DNA from: Candidatus Latescibacterota bacterium
GTDB lineage: Bacteria > Latescibacterota > UBA2968 > GCA-2709665
Direction of reading: 5' to 3'
DNA: 64,000 bases
NCBI GenBank assembly: GCA_963662665.2
Contig: CAXXJS010000040.1
Location: forward strand, 1 to 64,000
Part shown: one piece after another, positions 9,821-20,015 of the stretch
How positions within the stretch are numbered: position 1 is the stretch's first letter
How the letters are laid out: the number at the start of each line of letters is the position of its first letter
The notes under the pieces: generated by a model
What the model was told of the DNA's origin: nothing
The model's database searches: none
The model's input: the letters and a program-made list of their open reading frames with translations, nothing else
Program-made: the position numbers and the translations under genes

Positions 9821-11416
9821 CTACTTGCTTTCGCGCTTCAATTCCCTGATGCCACCCCTGTCAAGGACCACCACGCGGCTGCCGCGCACCGGCTCGAGTA
9901 CAACCTCTGCCTGTCGAGGACCTTGAATCCGTACTTCGCCCCACGTCCTTTTTTTAGTCCCCGGCAGCAGCCGCTTGCCGTCCGACGCATAGAACGTCCT
10001 GGCGTCATCCTGGCCATGCACGGAGAAATAACCGCCATTCCCTATGTCGATCCGCCAGTGCATCGGACCCAGGCGCGCAACTTCGCACTCTATTCCGCGC
10101 GGGTCCGTAAGCCAGCAATGATTCACGGTAACCGCCGACGCTTCGCCCGCTGTACGGACCGCCAGGGCACTGCCGAGCCCAAACGCGAACAACGGTATTT
10201 CACCAAGGCTGCCCGACGGGCTCAGGGCCGAAGGTACATTTAACACATACACCGTTCCACTGCTGTCTTTCGTTCGCGACGCCAACGAATCCAGGACGTT
10301 TTCGCTGACGACCGAAGCCTCACGCCAGAACAGACCCTCTCGAACAAGCACCACGCCGTAATAACCGATCAGCATTGCCAGAAGCGCGTTTCTGCACCAC
10401 AGGACCACCGGTCGGTTCGGCCGCCACGCCGTCCAGATATTCGCAATCGCAACGCAGAAGAATACCGAAGGCAGATAGAGATACCACCGGTGAACCCTTC
10501 CCAGAACGGGCACCAGGCCGGCCACGGTCATTGCACCCAGATACAATGTGTCCCGCAGCACCCTGCGTGGACGGCCGGACACCCAGAATACGGCGCCGGT
10601 CGCCAAAACCAGAACGGCGCCGAAGAGGCGGAAATCCGTCATTCCAATCTTCGCTCCCGACTTGAGAACGTCCAGACCAAGTCCGAGCGCCGAAAGGTCC
10701 CGATCCGGAATTCCGGAAAACACCCCGCCAAGTACAATCCAACGGGCGCAAAGGTAGATTCCCACACTCACGGCACAGCACGCCAGAGCCCGCCGGGCGG
10801 CCGTGGAGCGGAGCGTCCCGTCATATAGAAAAAAAATCAGCAGCACGCCCGGGAGAGACAGCGCCATCTCTTTCGAAAAAAGCGCCAGGAGAGAACACAG
10901 GCTTCCACACGCCAGTAGTCCCCAGGACTGACGGTCCCGGCAGGCCAGGAACAAGAGCAGCGCCGACAGGTAAAACAGCGTACAGGCGGAATCCGTACGG
11001 CCAACGATCCAGAAAATGGCATCCGCGTGGACGGGCAGCACCAGAAAGAGAAACAGCGCCACCCAGGCGGCCAATGCCCCGCCCGGCATCCGCCGGGCCA
11101 GCCAATAGACCAGAATGCCGCAAGAAAGATGAATCAGCACATTGCCAACGTGATGTATTGCGGAATCGTATGCCACGAACAGAAACGCCGCGTACAACGA
11201 CAGGGTGACAACCGGACGATAATATCCCCCGGCGCCCGTGAGCCCGGTCCAACTGGAGGTTAGTACGGATTGAATTCCCTCCGCACACAAGCGGACGTGA
11301 TTCCAGTCGTCGTCGAGCAATGACACACCCGAAGACAGCCAGACAAGCAGAACGCCGATCAACCCGAACAGCAGACAACCTGTTCCCGTCCAGATGATGG
11401 TACCGTGGTCCCGCAA
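9821..11416 (-). CDS. GT-C membrane glycosyltransferase (PMT/ArnT/TMTC-like)
   Basis: DDD after the first TM helix, YYRP, H-x3-V-x2-H, HADAIFWIVGRTD, LFSKE, many TM segments; start uncertain (TTG 11416 chosen, ORF open to 11461). Confidence 0.75.
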   Translation of the reverse strand: MRDHGTIIWTGTGCLLFGLIGVLLVWLSSGVSLLDDDWNHVRLCAEGIQSVLTSSWTGLTGAGGYYRPVVTLSLYAAFLFVAYDSAIHHVGNVLIHLSCGILVYWLARRMPGGALAAWVALFLFLVLPVHADAIFWIVGRTDSACTLFYLSALLLFLACRDRQSWGLLACGSLCSLLALFSKEMALSLPGVLLIFFLYDGTLRSTAARRALACCAVSVGIYLCARWIVLGGVFSGIPDRDLSALGLGLDVLKSGAKIGMTDFRLFGAVLVLATGAVFWVSGRPRRVLRDTLYLGAMTVAGLVPVLGRVHRWYLYLPSVFFCVAIANIWTAWRPNRPVVLWCRNALLAMLIGYYGVVLVREGLFWREASVVSENVLDSLASRTKDSSGTVYVLNVPSALSPSGSLGEIPLFAFGLGSALAVRTAGEASAVTVNHCWLTDPRGIECEVARLGPMHWRIDIGNGGYFSVHGQDDARTFYASDGKRLLPGTKKRTWGEVRIQGPRQAEVVLEPVRGSRVVVLDRGGIRELKRESK

Positions 11417-11430
11417 GCCGACCCCGCAAT

Positions 11431-11455
11431 AAAAAAAAACCGGCGTTCGGCCAGC
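11431..11455 (-). terminator. Putative intrinsic terminator
   Basis: Minus strand GCTGGC-CGAAC-GCCGGT hairpin (with G-U pairs) followed by a long T run. Confidence 0.45.
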
Positions 11456-11464
11456 CCCCACCTT

Positions 11465-11542
11465 TAGCAGTCCGTTGATAAAGTCGCTCTGCAGGCGAGG
11501 TTGGGAGTCCCGTCCCGGATGGACTTTTTCAACGGGCCGTTA
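11465..11542. repeat. MITE-like element, copy 1
   Basis: TAGCAGTCCGTTGA...GCTCTGCAGGCGAGG...TCAACGGGCCGTTA; imperfect terminal inverted repeats; homologous to 16274, 17802 and 25133. Confidence 0.7.
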
Positions 11543-11692
11543 GAGCCAGAGGTTTCGGACGGTCCAACGCCAGTTGAATGACTTTCATTTTTTGGAACGC
11601 GGATCGTGTGCCCGCAAGTAAGCTCAGACCTTCACCACGACCCGCGAACATCAGCGCCAGGCAGGCAGCTCTCGGTGTTCCGCCACGGAACA

Positions 11693-12667
11693 CTAAGATT
11701 CGAAATATTCGATTATACGCCGGAGGGTGTTATCGAGGCTCATTTTCGGCTCGTAGTCCACGAACGACCGGATTTTGGAGAGATCCGGCACCCGATAGTT
11801 CAGGTCTTCGTACGATCCCTTGGCAAATGCCTTGTCGTAAGGAACGAATTCAATGGGCGCGTCACTTTCAGTGAGCGCCTTGACCTTATGCGCCAGATTG
11901 ACGATGCTGGTTTCGTTGGTATTGACATTGCCGCCCAGATTGAAAATTTCACCTGGCGTTTCGGGATGTTCTGCCAGCGCGACCAGACCGTCCAGAGCAT
12001 CTTCGACGTCGGTAAAGCAGCGCCGTTGTTCTCCATCGCCGTACACGGTAATCGGGTGACCCAGGAGCGCCTGCTTGACCATTCGCGGCACAACCATGCC
12101 GTAGTCGCCGGTCTGCCTCGGGCCGATTACGTTGAAGAACCTCACGATCAGCATAGGCAGCTTCTTCTCCCGCCAATAGGACAGGCCCAACATCTCGTCC
12201 ACTGCCTTTGTTGTGGAATAGATCCAGCGGTCGACGGTAATGGGACCGAGCAGGCGATCGTCGTTTTCCTGGAAAGAAACCTTCCCGTTCTTCTTGCCGT
12301 ACACCTCCGAAGTGGACGCGAGCATCACGCGCTTCTTGGTTTTATTGGCGAGTTCCAGGACAATTTCAGTGCCCCGGATATTGGTTGTGAGGGAATGCAG
12401 CGGATTGTCGATGATGTAATTCACGCCCACCGCCGCGGCCAGGTGATAGATCATATCGCACCAGTCCACCAGAGGTCGCAGCGTTTCAGACTCGAGAATC
12501 GTGCCGACTTTAATGTTGAACCGGGGGTTGGACTCCAGGTGGTGGATATTGTTGTAATCGCCGGTGGAGAGATCGTCTAAAACGGAAACCTCATCTCCAC
12601 GTCTCAAATGCCGTTCGGCCAGATGTGATCCTATAAACCCCGCTCCGCCAGTGATCAACACCTTCAT
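11693..12667 (-). CDS. NAD-dependent nucleotide-sugar epimerase/dehydratase (extended SDR)
   Basis: TGGAGFIGSH, HLAAAVGV, ASTSEVYG, YSTTK, RFFNVIGPRQ, GDGEQRRCF. Confidence 0.92.
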   Translation of the reverse strand: MKVLITGGAGFIGSHLAERHLRRGDEVSVLDDLSTGDYNNIHHLESNPRFNIKVGTILESETLRPLVDWCDMIYHLAAAVGVNYIIDNPLHSLTTNIRGTEIVLELANKTKKRVMLASTSEVYGKKNGKVSFQENDDRLLGPITVDRWIYSTTKAVDEMLGLSYWREKKLPMLIVRFFNVIGPRQTGDYGMVVPRMVKQALLGHPITVYGDGEQRRCFTDVEDALDGLVALAEHPETPGEIFNLGGNVNTNETSIVNLAHKVKALTESDAPIEFVPYDKAFAKGSYEDLNYRVPDLSKIRSFVDYEPKMSLDNTLRRIIEYFES

Positions 12668-13887
12668 GCGTACGTCCCTTCCCAGCAGTCGCCCGGAGAT
12701 CCGCCCCCGGTCCGCTTGTTTTCGGATAACTTATGATAGAGGTGGCTGAAATCCCTCGCCAATCGCGCCAACCCGTATGATTCAACGATTCTTCGCCGTT
12801 CTTCAGCGGAAATTCTCCGCCGCTCCCGTAACACCCGCTGAATCCCGCAAGCAAGCGCTGCGGAGTCGCCAGGCGCAACCATCAGGCCAATCCGTTCGCT
12901 CCGGAGGAAGTCGGGTACGCCGCCCACCCGGGTCGCAACCGCATAACATCCCGATGCGGCCGATTCCAGTAACGCAACCGGCAACCCCTCGTGACGTGAC
13001 GACAGCACGGATAGATCCAGTGCGCCGTAAATTCGCGCCATATCACTTCGGAAGCCCGTAAACCGTACCAGGTGCTCCAGTTTTCGTGTACGCACAATGG
13101 CTTCAAGTTCGGCACGCAGTTCCCCGTCTCCAACAACGACAAACCGGACATCCGACAGGGCCTCGGCCACCGTTTCGGCGGCGGCCAGAAAAATATCGAC
13201 GCCCTTGATCGGAACCAGCCGCGCCACAATCCCGACAAGCCGTGCCGAAGCGTCGAACCCCAGTTCCTCGCGGAAACCCGCGTCGCCCCGCCGCTGGTTT
13301 AAGAACGGCTCCAGATCAACGCCCAGCGGAATCGTGCGAATACGGAAAGGGGCCGCGATACGATCTCCCAGCAGTTCATTCCGTTGCCTGTCCGAGACGG
13401 CAACAAGCACGTCCGTGCGACGGGCAAGGAGCCTCTCAACGAGTACAACGAGGCGAGTCTTCCATGCTGAGAAATAACCCTTGAAGACCAGTCCGTGAAA
13501 CGTATGCAGCGTTACCGGAACCCCGGCCAGCCAGGCTGCGACCCTGCCGAGCACACCCGCTTTCGACTTGTGGGTGTGGACAATTTCGGGGCGTATACGC
13601 CTTAACAACCGATATAACGCGACGAACGCCCTCAGATCCCGAATGGGTACAATCGCCCGGCTGAACCCGTGCACCTCCAGAGGTTGAATCCCCGAGCGCC
13701 GGATCACGTCTTCCATCTCGGCTTCGCCGGGCGCCACCTGACCCTTGACCACAAGCGAGCGACAACCCCGGGATTCCAACGCCCTGGAGAGGAAGAGCAG
13801 ATAGGGCGTTGGGCCGCCAACGTTTAGACGATCAATAATCTGGACCAGACGAATCGACGGTTGCTCGCAAGAAAGATCCGCAGGCAA
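12664..13887 (-). CDS. GT4 glycosyltransferase
   Basis: NVGG, VHTHKSKAG, ARLVPIKG, GDGELR, SRHEGLPVALLE. Confidence 0.9.
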   Translation of the reverse strand: MPADLSCEQPSIRLVQIIDRLNVGGPTPYLLFLSRALESRGCRSLVVKGQVAPGEAEMEDVIRRSGIQPLEVHGFSRAIVPIRDLRAFVALYRLLRRIRPEIVHTHKSKAGVLGRVAAWLAGVPVTLHTFHGLVFKGYFSAWKTRLVVLVERLLARRTDVLVAVSDRQRNELLGDRIAAPFRIRTIPLGVDLEPFLNQRRGDAGFREELGFDASARLVGIVARLVPIKGVDIFLAAAETVAEALSDVRFVVVGDGELRAELEAIVRTRKLEHLVRFTGFRSDMARIYGALDLSVLSSRHEGLPVALLESAASGCYAVATRVGGVPDFLRSERIGLMVAPGDSAALACGIQRVLRERRRISAEERRRIVESYGLARLARDFSHLYHKLSENKRTGGGSPGDCWEGTYA

Positions 13888-13958
13888 ACCGACGTCGCAT
13901 GTGGAATCATTACGATCGGACTGGATAAACGGGCTCCGACGCCGGAATCAGTATTTCA

Positions 13959-13987
13959 AATATAAACACCCTGGGGAAAACCGGCAA
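13959..13987 (-). promoter_or_regulatory. Putative sigma70 promoter upstream of the GT4/epimerase pair
   Basis: TTGCCG-N17-TATATT on the minus strand in the intergenic gap. Confidence 0.4.
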
Positions 13988-14207
13988 CGTAAAAGTTATT
14001 CTGTAAGTTCAGGTGAACCGTATAGATACGTGGGCAGGACTCAGGCGATGAACAGATTTATCCTGAAGGATGCACACTTACCTGCGAGATGGAAAATCCC
14101 ATAGGGCCGCCTGCGCCCCTGCCGGTGAGGACCGGTTCATCGCCACCTGGAAGCGCGCGGACCCCGGTCCTCTCCCTCGAAATCGAACCAGGATCGACTA
14201 CGCATAC

Positions 14208-15296
14208 TCAAGCATCCGCCCGGGCTACCGAACTGAGGATCCGCAACAGGCGCCGGCTGCTTCGCGCCAGCGAATAACACGCTTGCATCTTTGCGCGCCC
14301 GGCCTCGCCCATTCGACGCCGAAGCGCCCGATCCTGAATCAGCCGTTCCAGACAGGATACCCACTCGCCGTGGGATTCTGCGCAGAAACCGTTGACGCCG
14401 TCTTCTACGATTTCGCTGTTAATACCCACCGGGCTGCTTACGGCCGGGATTCCCATTGAGAGGTATTGCAAAAGCTTATACCCTCCCTTTCCCCGTGTCC
14501 ACGGATCGTCAGGCAAGGGCATCAGACCGATATCGAAGCTGCGCAGGTCCCCGACTTCGGTTTCCATAGACCAGGGGCGCCACTCCACCGGCACGGCATC
14601 CGTATCGAAACCGCCCTCGCCGACCAGGCAAAGCCGCAAATGAGGGTGCCGGGCGCCTAATTCGGCAAGAGGCCCGCGGATCAGTTCCAGATAGCGAGCG
14701 GACGTGTAGCTGCCGATCCAACCCAGAACCAGGTCGCCGCAGTCTTCCGCCTTCCTTCCGGGAGAATACCGCTTTGTGTCGATCGGCCCCGTGATAATCG
14801 ACACTTTGGGACAGTACCGTTTGGCATACGCGGCTGTGTACGTATTTTCGACGATGACCCGGGACGCAGCCCGGAGCATTTTTGCCAGCCCCCGCGAGTG
14901 GTGCCGCGCGCGGAGCCGCGCCAGCCAGTTTTCATCGGGCGCCTCGGTGGTAAAAATCGCGTCGTCGAAATCGAATACGACCTTTCGTGAAAACACTCGC
15001 AGCAGCCTGGCAATGGGCGCACAGAAAAATACCCGCTGCACAAACACGACGTGGTACCGGGGCGCGGAAAGGAGGGTGAGCAACCCCACTCCGAGCGAAC
15101 GCCACCACACCCAGATATAGTGGATCAGACGCCCGAACCCTCTCCTTGAATTTGTCCAGGTGGTTATCCGATCGGGCAATACCACCGCCACGTCGGCCCG
15201 CACGCCATTGGCTTTGAGGGACGGCAGGTAGTCGAACACGCGTGTGCGGCTGGCGGCAAACCGGGGTCCGGTCAGCGCGACGAAAAAGACGTTCAA
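14208..15296 (-). CDS. GT4 glycosyltransferase
   Basis: ASRTRV, VFDFDDAIF, GWIGS, DIGLMPL...GKGGYKLLQYLSMGIPAVSSPVG; GAAGGAG RBS before TTG. Confidence 0.88.
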   Translation of the reverse strand: MNVFFVALTGPRFAASRTRVFDYLPSLKANGVRADVAVVLPDRITTWTNSRRGFGRLIHYIWVWWRSLGVGLLTLLSAPRYHVVFVQRVFFCAPIARLLRVFSRKVVFDFDDAIFTTEAPDENWLARLRARHHSRGLAKMLRAASRVIVENTYTAAYAKRYCPKVSIITGPIDTKRYSPGRKAEDCGDLVLGWIGSYTSARYLELIRGPLAELGARHPHLRLCLVGEGGFDTDAVPVEWRPWSMETEVGDLRSFDIGLMPLPDDPWTRGKGGYKLLQYLSMGIPAVSSPVGINSEIVEDGVNGFCAESHGEWVSCLERLIQDRALRRRMGEAGRAKMQACYSLARSSRRLLRILSSVARADA

Positions 15297-15373
15297 GCCT
15301 GGAAAGCTCCTTCAATATAAACACGGGATTCCGGTGAATCAATGGAAAACACCGCATTGCGGGGAACCCGCAA

Positions 15374-16216
15374 TCAGATTGCAAGCCACGACGCCGGAGA
15401 CTCGCGACCGAGAAGATTGAATAACTTTCGATTTTCTTCGCGATAGAACTCATATAAATGACGAAGTACGGATTCGCCGGGAAGGAAATCGCTCTCCGGC
15501 AGGACGCGTCCCAGAACGCTCGTCACCGGGGACAAGACAGGGAAATAGTAGCGGGCGACAAGGTGCAATTTGCAAACGTCGAACCGATTGACCCGCTGCG
15601 CCGTTCCTGAAAAACGAAACGAGTCGTCAATATCCAGAAATGAACAGGCCTTTTTCAGTCCCTCACGCGGGTGTTGCACAATATCCTCTTCGAAGAAAAG
15701 GACCTGAATCTGATCCCGACTGAAAAGGTCCAGATAGGCGGTGAGCAACGTGAAGAACCGGCCCGCCTCCAACACCCCGAACCCGTCCAGAAGGGCTGCC
15801 TTCCTGCCTGCCAGCAAATCGTCCATCCGATGCAGCGGTGAAATCCGACGGGTACGTATAAGATGCTTGACCGCGGAAACAGCCCGGTCTACCGGATTCT
15901 TGAGGGTAACGATCAGTTTGGCGTCGGGCAGATGTCTGTGAATATGACGGTGTACATCGGGCAAGTGTCCTTCACCGCCCCGCCCGTCCGCCCAGAAATA
16001 GTCCGGCGTTTTTTCACCCACTCTCCTGATGTTTTCCGCCCCCGCAAAATGGCCTGCGTACCATTCGATTCCCTTTTCGTAATTTCCGGCCTTATCGAAG
16101 AAATGTATCTCCTGATCGGGCATGAACACGTCGGGATGCTGGCGCAGCATGGCGGCCAGCCACGTCGTCCCGCATTTCTGGGCGCCGATAATCAGAAAAT
16201 TCGGCAATCGAGCCAT
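15374..16216 (-). CDS. PAPS-dependent sulfotransferase
   Basis: 5'-PSB motif LPNFLIIGAQKCGTT, EIHFFD, GEKTPDY, 3'-PB motif LKNPVDRAVS. Confidence 0.9.
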   Translation of the reverse strand: MARLPNFLIIGAQKCGTTWLAAMLRQHPDVFMPDQEIHFFDKAGNYEKGIEWYAGHFAGAENIRRVGEKTPDYFWADGRGGEGHLPDVHRHIHRHLPDAKLIVTLKNPVDRAVSAVKHLIRTRRISPLHRMDDLLAGRKAALLDGFGVLEAGRFFTLLTAYLDLFSRDQIQVLFFEEDIVQHPREGLKKACSFLDIDDSFRFSGTAQRVNRFDVCKLHLVARYYFPVLSPVTSVLGRVLPESDFLPGESVLRHLYEFYREENRKLFNLLGRESPASWLAI

Positions 16217-16273
16217 ACGCGCGTCCTAATGTTCTTTCCCGAAAATGTGTTGGCTTGACTCGTGACAGAATCT

Positions 16274-16337
16274 TAACAGCCAGTTGAAAGGGTCCAACCG
16301 GCCTCGCCTGCAGAGCAACTTACTCAATGGACTGCTA
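16274..16337. repeat. MITE-like element, copy 2 (supplies the wzx stop codon)
   Basis: Minus strand TAGCAGTCCATTGA...GCTCTGCAGGCGAGG...TCAACTGGCTGTTA. Confidence 0.7.
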
Positions 16338-17789
16338 ACGTCGGATCAGACCCGCCAGACGCATGGCCTCCGCGGCGGTCTCTCTGGCAAGGAAGCGGAA
16401 TGCGAGCGCGTAAACGAGCACGCCTGCAAACACGCAGGACGCGATCAACGCTGAATCGGACAACAGGCCAACCACCAGCCATTTGTAACCGGCGACCACG
16501 CCCGACATCAATGCACTGCTTAACGCAGCGGGATGCAACGCGCTGAAGTATTTTCCATAGGTTATGCGGGCAAGACGGTTCACAACGCCCTGCGATACCA
16601 GGGTAAGGACCAACACGCCGAGGCTCACCGCCAACGCGGCGCCGGAAATCCCCCGGGTAATCCCGAACCCCAGGGCCGCCAGCATCAGGATGGCGCCGCC
16701 GATATTCAAGATAAGCGCCAGGCCGGTACGACCAAGGGCGGAAAAGACCAACCCGGAGGGAGACGCGATAGCCCGCAGCGCCCCGGCCGAACAGAGTAGC
16801 TGGAGTACGATTGCCGCGGGCGCCATCTCCGGCTTGAAAAGCAATGTCACTCCTGGATGCGCCAGAAGGAAAAATCCCGCCATAATCGGAAACACGAGTA
16901 CGGCGACGTATTTCACGGTGACGAGATACGCCCGGCCGAGCCGGACGACGTCATCCTGAAGGGCGGAGAAAGCCGGGAAGGTGACCTTTGAAATGGCCTG
17001 AACCACACGGACTTGCGGAAATGCGATAAGCCGGTAGGCGAGTCCGTAGTAGCCCAGCGCCTCCATCCCCAGAAACCTGCCTATAAGCAGATAGTCCAGG
17101 TTCTGCTGGACGTAACCCACCATCCTTGAACCCGTCCACTTGCCGCCGAACGCCAGCAAAACCCTTGCATCGTCAAGTCTGAAGGAACGGTTGGCATGTA
17201 CGGGGCAGAAAATCCACGGGCCCAGGCCCAGGACCGCATGGCGAACCACATAAGCCCAGACGAGACTCCACACCTCGTATCCCCACACGGCCAGCAACGC
17301 CATCGTGAGTCCGCTTGCAGCAGCCGCGCAAACATCCAGAATTGCCAGCTGACCGAAACGGAACGTACGCTCCATCTGTGCGCGGGAAACGGTCCCGAAA
17401 CCCGTGAATACCAGCCCCAGAGCCATTGCCGGAAGAACAGCGGAAACCTGAGGGTCATCAAAAAAAAATCCGCCCCAGAACCGGGCGGTCAGATACAGAA
17501 GGGCGGCCAGCGAGCAGGAAACACACAGACCCGTCCAGAACGCTGCCGCCAGATGCGCCTCGCGCGCATCCCGCTTCTGAATCAGTGCCCGCCCCAACCC
17601 CATTTCGGCGGCCAGTATTCCGACTCCGACAATTGTGGCTGCGGCAACCTCGGTTCCAAACGCCCTGGACGGTTCGCTCAGGTGCCGCACCGCCAATCCC
17701 AGGGCACCCAACTGAATCAGATAGCCGACACCCTGCGCCAGGCCGGTCCACGAGAAACCCCGGACGGTTGTCCGACGCAGGTCGGTCAT
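16335..17789 (-). CDS. wzx: Wzx/PST-family polysaccharide flippase
   Basis: Many TM helices, EMGLGRALIQ, DYLLIGRFLG...LGYYGLAY, VTFPAFS; ATG 17789 with GGAGAGG RBS. Confidence 0.88.
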   Translation of the reverse strand: MTDLRRTTVRGFSWTGLAQGVGYLIQLGALGLAVRHLSEPSRAFGTEVAAATIVGVGILAAEMGLGRALIQKRDAREAHLAAAFWTGLCVSCSLAALLYLTARFWGGFFFDDPQVSAVLPAMALGLVFTGFGTVSRAQMERTFRFGQLAILDVCAAAASGLTMALLAVWGYEVWSLVWAYVVRHAVLGLGPWIFCPVHANRSFRLDDARVLLAFGGKWTGSRMVGYVQQNLDYLLIGRFLGMEALGYYGLAYRLIAFPQVRVVQAISKVTFPAFSALQDDVVRLGRAYLVTVKYVAVLVFPIMAGFFLLAHPGVTLLFKPEMAPAAIVLQLLCSAGALRAIASPSGLVFSALGRTGLALILNIGGAILMLAALGFGITRGISGAALAVSLGVLVLTLVSQGVVNRLARITYGKYFSALHPAALSSALMSGVVAGYKWLVVGLLSDSALIASCVFAGVLVYALAFRFLARETAAEAMRLAGLIRR

Positions 17790-17801
17790 CCGGCCTCTCC
17801 T

Positions 17802-17850
17802 TATCAGCCAGTTGAATGAGTCCAACCGCAATTTTTCCAACGGACTGCTA
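17802..17850. repeat. MITE-like element, copy 3 (short; supplies the stop codon of the WecA-like gene)
   Basis: Minus strand TAGCAGTCCGTTGG...GGACTCATTCAACTGGCTGATA. Confidence 0.65.
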
Positions 17851-18822
17851 TGCGGTCTCCACGCGGGCCAACCGCACGCCGGCCCATACCGCCGATGAGA
17901 TCACACAAGCCAGGATGGTAACGCAAACCGCCGGCGGCGCCACGGCCGCAACGATTCCAAATAAAGCCAGCAGTCCACCCGCAAGATGAATACGACGAAC
18001 CGCACCCCGCACGGAATACCCCATTCCGACCAGCCGCTGCGCCACGTGGTCGCGGCTGGCCCTCATCACGGGCAAACCCTTCTTCTTCCTGACGATACAG
18101 AGAAACACGGCTTCGAAACAAGGGATGCCCAGCACGAGTATCGCGCAGAGTTCACCCTGAATTCCTGGCGTCGCCCTGGAGACCTCCACACACATCGCAC
18201 CAAGCACAAATCCTGCAAACAGGCTGCCGGCATCGCCCATATAGACCCGTGCCGGATGGGCATTGTAAACCAGAAATCCCAGGAAGCCTCCGGCCAGGCT
18301 GGCGCCTAGAATCACGACCGGCGCCGCACCGCCTACCAACCCCAGGCCCGCCAGGCCGATCGAAGCGATGGCGCCCGCACCTGCGGACAAGCCATCCATC
18401 ATGTCGAGCACGTTGAACGCGTTACACATCCAAACCAGCCACAGTCCAGTAAGCACGGCGTCGAACACGGTACTGCCCGTTGTGTCGAACCGGAACCCGC
18501 TTCCGACGGTAATGGCAACCGTAAAGATTTGAAACGCAAGCTTTTGAAAAGGCAAAAGCGGCCACTTGTCGTCGACGAAGCCAATGACGCCCATTCCAAG
18601 CGCGCCGATCCACAGGCCAACGGGAAACGACAAGGGCGCAAAGGGAAGCAGCAGCAGCGTGGCGATCGCAATGGCCACGCCGCCTATGGCAGGAACCGAC
18701 TCCGCCTTGTTCTCGCCGCCCGCATTCAACCACGAGGCGCGCAACGCGGCGGCCCGAAGAAGAGGTGTTAACAGAAGAGCGCTTCCGAAACCGAACGCGA
18801 GAAACAGGGCGGAGGACAACAC
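17848..18822 (-). CDS. Undecaprenyl-phosphate sugar-phosphate transferase (WecA/TagO/MraY family)
   Basis: PAIGG, GFVDD, NAFNVLDMMDGL, YNAHPARVYMGDAGS, DHVAQRL. Confidence 0.9.
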   Translation of the reverse strand: MLSSALFLAFGFGSALLLTPLLRAAALRASWLNAGGENKAESVPAIGGVAIAIATLLLLPFAPLSFPVGLWIGALGMGVIGFVDDKWPLLPFQKLAFQIFTVAITVGSGFRFDTTGSTVFDAVLTGLWLVWMCNAFNVLDMMDGLSAGAGAIASIGLAGLGLVGGAAPVVILGASLAGGFLGFLVYNAHPARVYMGDAGSLFAGFVLGAMCVEVSRATPGIQGELCAILVLGIPCFEAVFLCIVRKKKGLPVMRASRDHVAQRLVGMGYSVRGAVRRIHLAGGLLALFGIVAAVAPPAVCVTILACVISSAVWAGVRLARVETA

Positions 18823-18878
18823 TGTGGACTCTCTTCACTTGACCGGACGTCAGGTTTGATGTTCCGTTCCGGTACACA

Positions 18879-20015
18879 TCACGGATTGTGAGTTTTCCTG
18901 CAATTGGGTTGAAAGCTCCGTACCGCCTCGATTACCTGGGTCACGTCTTTGTCGGTCATACCGGGGTAAAGCGGCAGCGTCACCATCTCGCCCCATACCG
19001 ACTCGGTTACCGGCAGCGAGCAACGATACGGTTCGTGGATCGGATAAAGATGATTCGGATAATAGTGCACGCTGGAATCGACGTCCCGCGAGTGCAGATG
19101 GGCAACCAGATTGTCCCTGTCCGCCACCCGCGGCACATAGGCATGGAAAGCGCTGCGGGCATACGGCGCAATCCCGGGCGTCCTAAGCCAGGTCAGATCG
19201 GCAAAGGCCTTATTGTACTGCAGGACGATTTCCTGCCGCTGGGCGTTGGCCGAGTCCAGCCTTGCCAGTTGTACCAACCCGATGGCCGCGTTCAAATCGT
19301 TCATATAGAACTTGTGCCCCACCTCGGTCACTTCGTACATCCAGCGCTTCTCCCGGGGACCGGCCGTGAACCTGTCCCACGTACCCTGCGGGATGCCCAT
19401 CCAGCTCAGCCGCTTCAGACGCTGTGCCAGCAGCGCGTCGTTGGTGGTCATCATACCGCCGTCGCAGGTTGTCAGGTTTTTCTGCGCCTGGAAACTGAAA
19501 CACCCGATCGTTCCCAAACCTCCTGCCATCCGGCCTTTGTACCTGGCGCCGCACGCGTGGGCGGCGTCCTCGACAACTGGAATTTTTCGGGACGCGGCGA
19601 TCTCCAGTATCGGGTCCATGTCGCATGGGTGGCCGCTGTGATGCACAACCATGATTGCGGCCGTTCTTTCCGAAACCCGCTCGGCCACGCAATCAGGATC
19701 CAGGTTCAGCGTGGCGGGATCGATGTCGCAAAAGACGGGAATTGCCCCGTTCTGCAGGATCGCATGGTTGGTAGCGACGAAGGTCATGGACGTGGTAATG
19801 ACCTCGCGGCCCTCCACTCCCAACACCTTAAGCGCCAACAGCAGCGCCGACGAGCATGAATTGACGCTCACTGCATATGATGTTCCGATATACTCGGCGA
19901 ACCGCTTTTCGAAAGCCGCGGCCCTGGTGCCTGCCCCCACCCATCCGGATAGCATCACTTCCCGGACAGCCTCCACCTCCTCTTCGTCGAAACAGGCCCG
20001 CCAGATGGGAATCAT
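18879..20015 (-). CDS. DegT/DnrJ/EryC1/StrS PLP sugar aminotransferase
   Basis: NSCSSAL, EDAAHA, FSFQAQKNLTTCDGG with PLP lysine, TLPLYP; ATG overlaps the upstream TGA. Confidence 0.92.
   Translation of the reverse strand: MIPIWRACFDEEEVEAVREVMLSGWVGAGTRAAAFEKRFAEYIGTSYAVSVNSCSSALLLALKVLGVEGREVITTSMTFVATNHAILQNGAIPVFCDIDPATLNLDPDCVAERVSERTAAIMVVHHSGHPCDMDPILEIAASRKIPVVEDAAHACGARYKGRMAGGLGTIGCFSFQAQKNLTTCDGGMMTTNDALLAQRLKRLSWMGIPQGTWDRFTAGPREKRWMYEVTEVGHKFYMNDLNAAIGLVQLARLDSANAQRQEIVLQYNKAFADLTWLRTPGIAPYARSAFHAYVPRVADRDNLVAHLHSRDVDSSVHYYPNHLYPIHEPYRCSLPVTESVWGEMVTLPLYPGMTDKDVTQVIEAVRSFQPNCRKTHNP

Noticed and set aside
17790-17840. Longer N-terminus for wzx
   Set aside because: It starts inside the repeat element; ATG 17789 has a good RBS.
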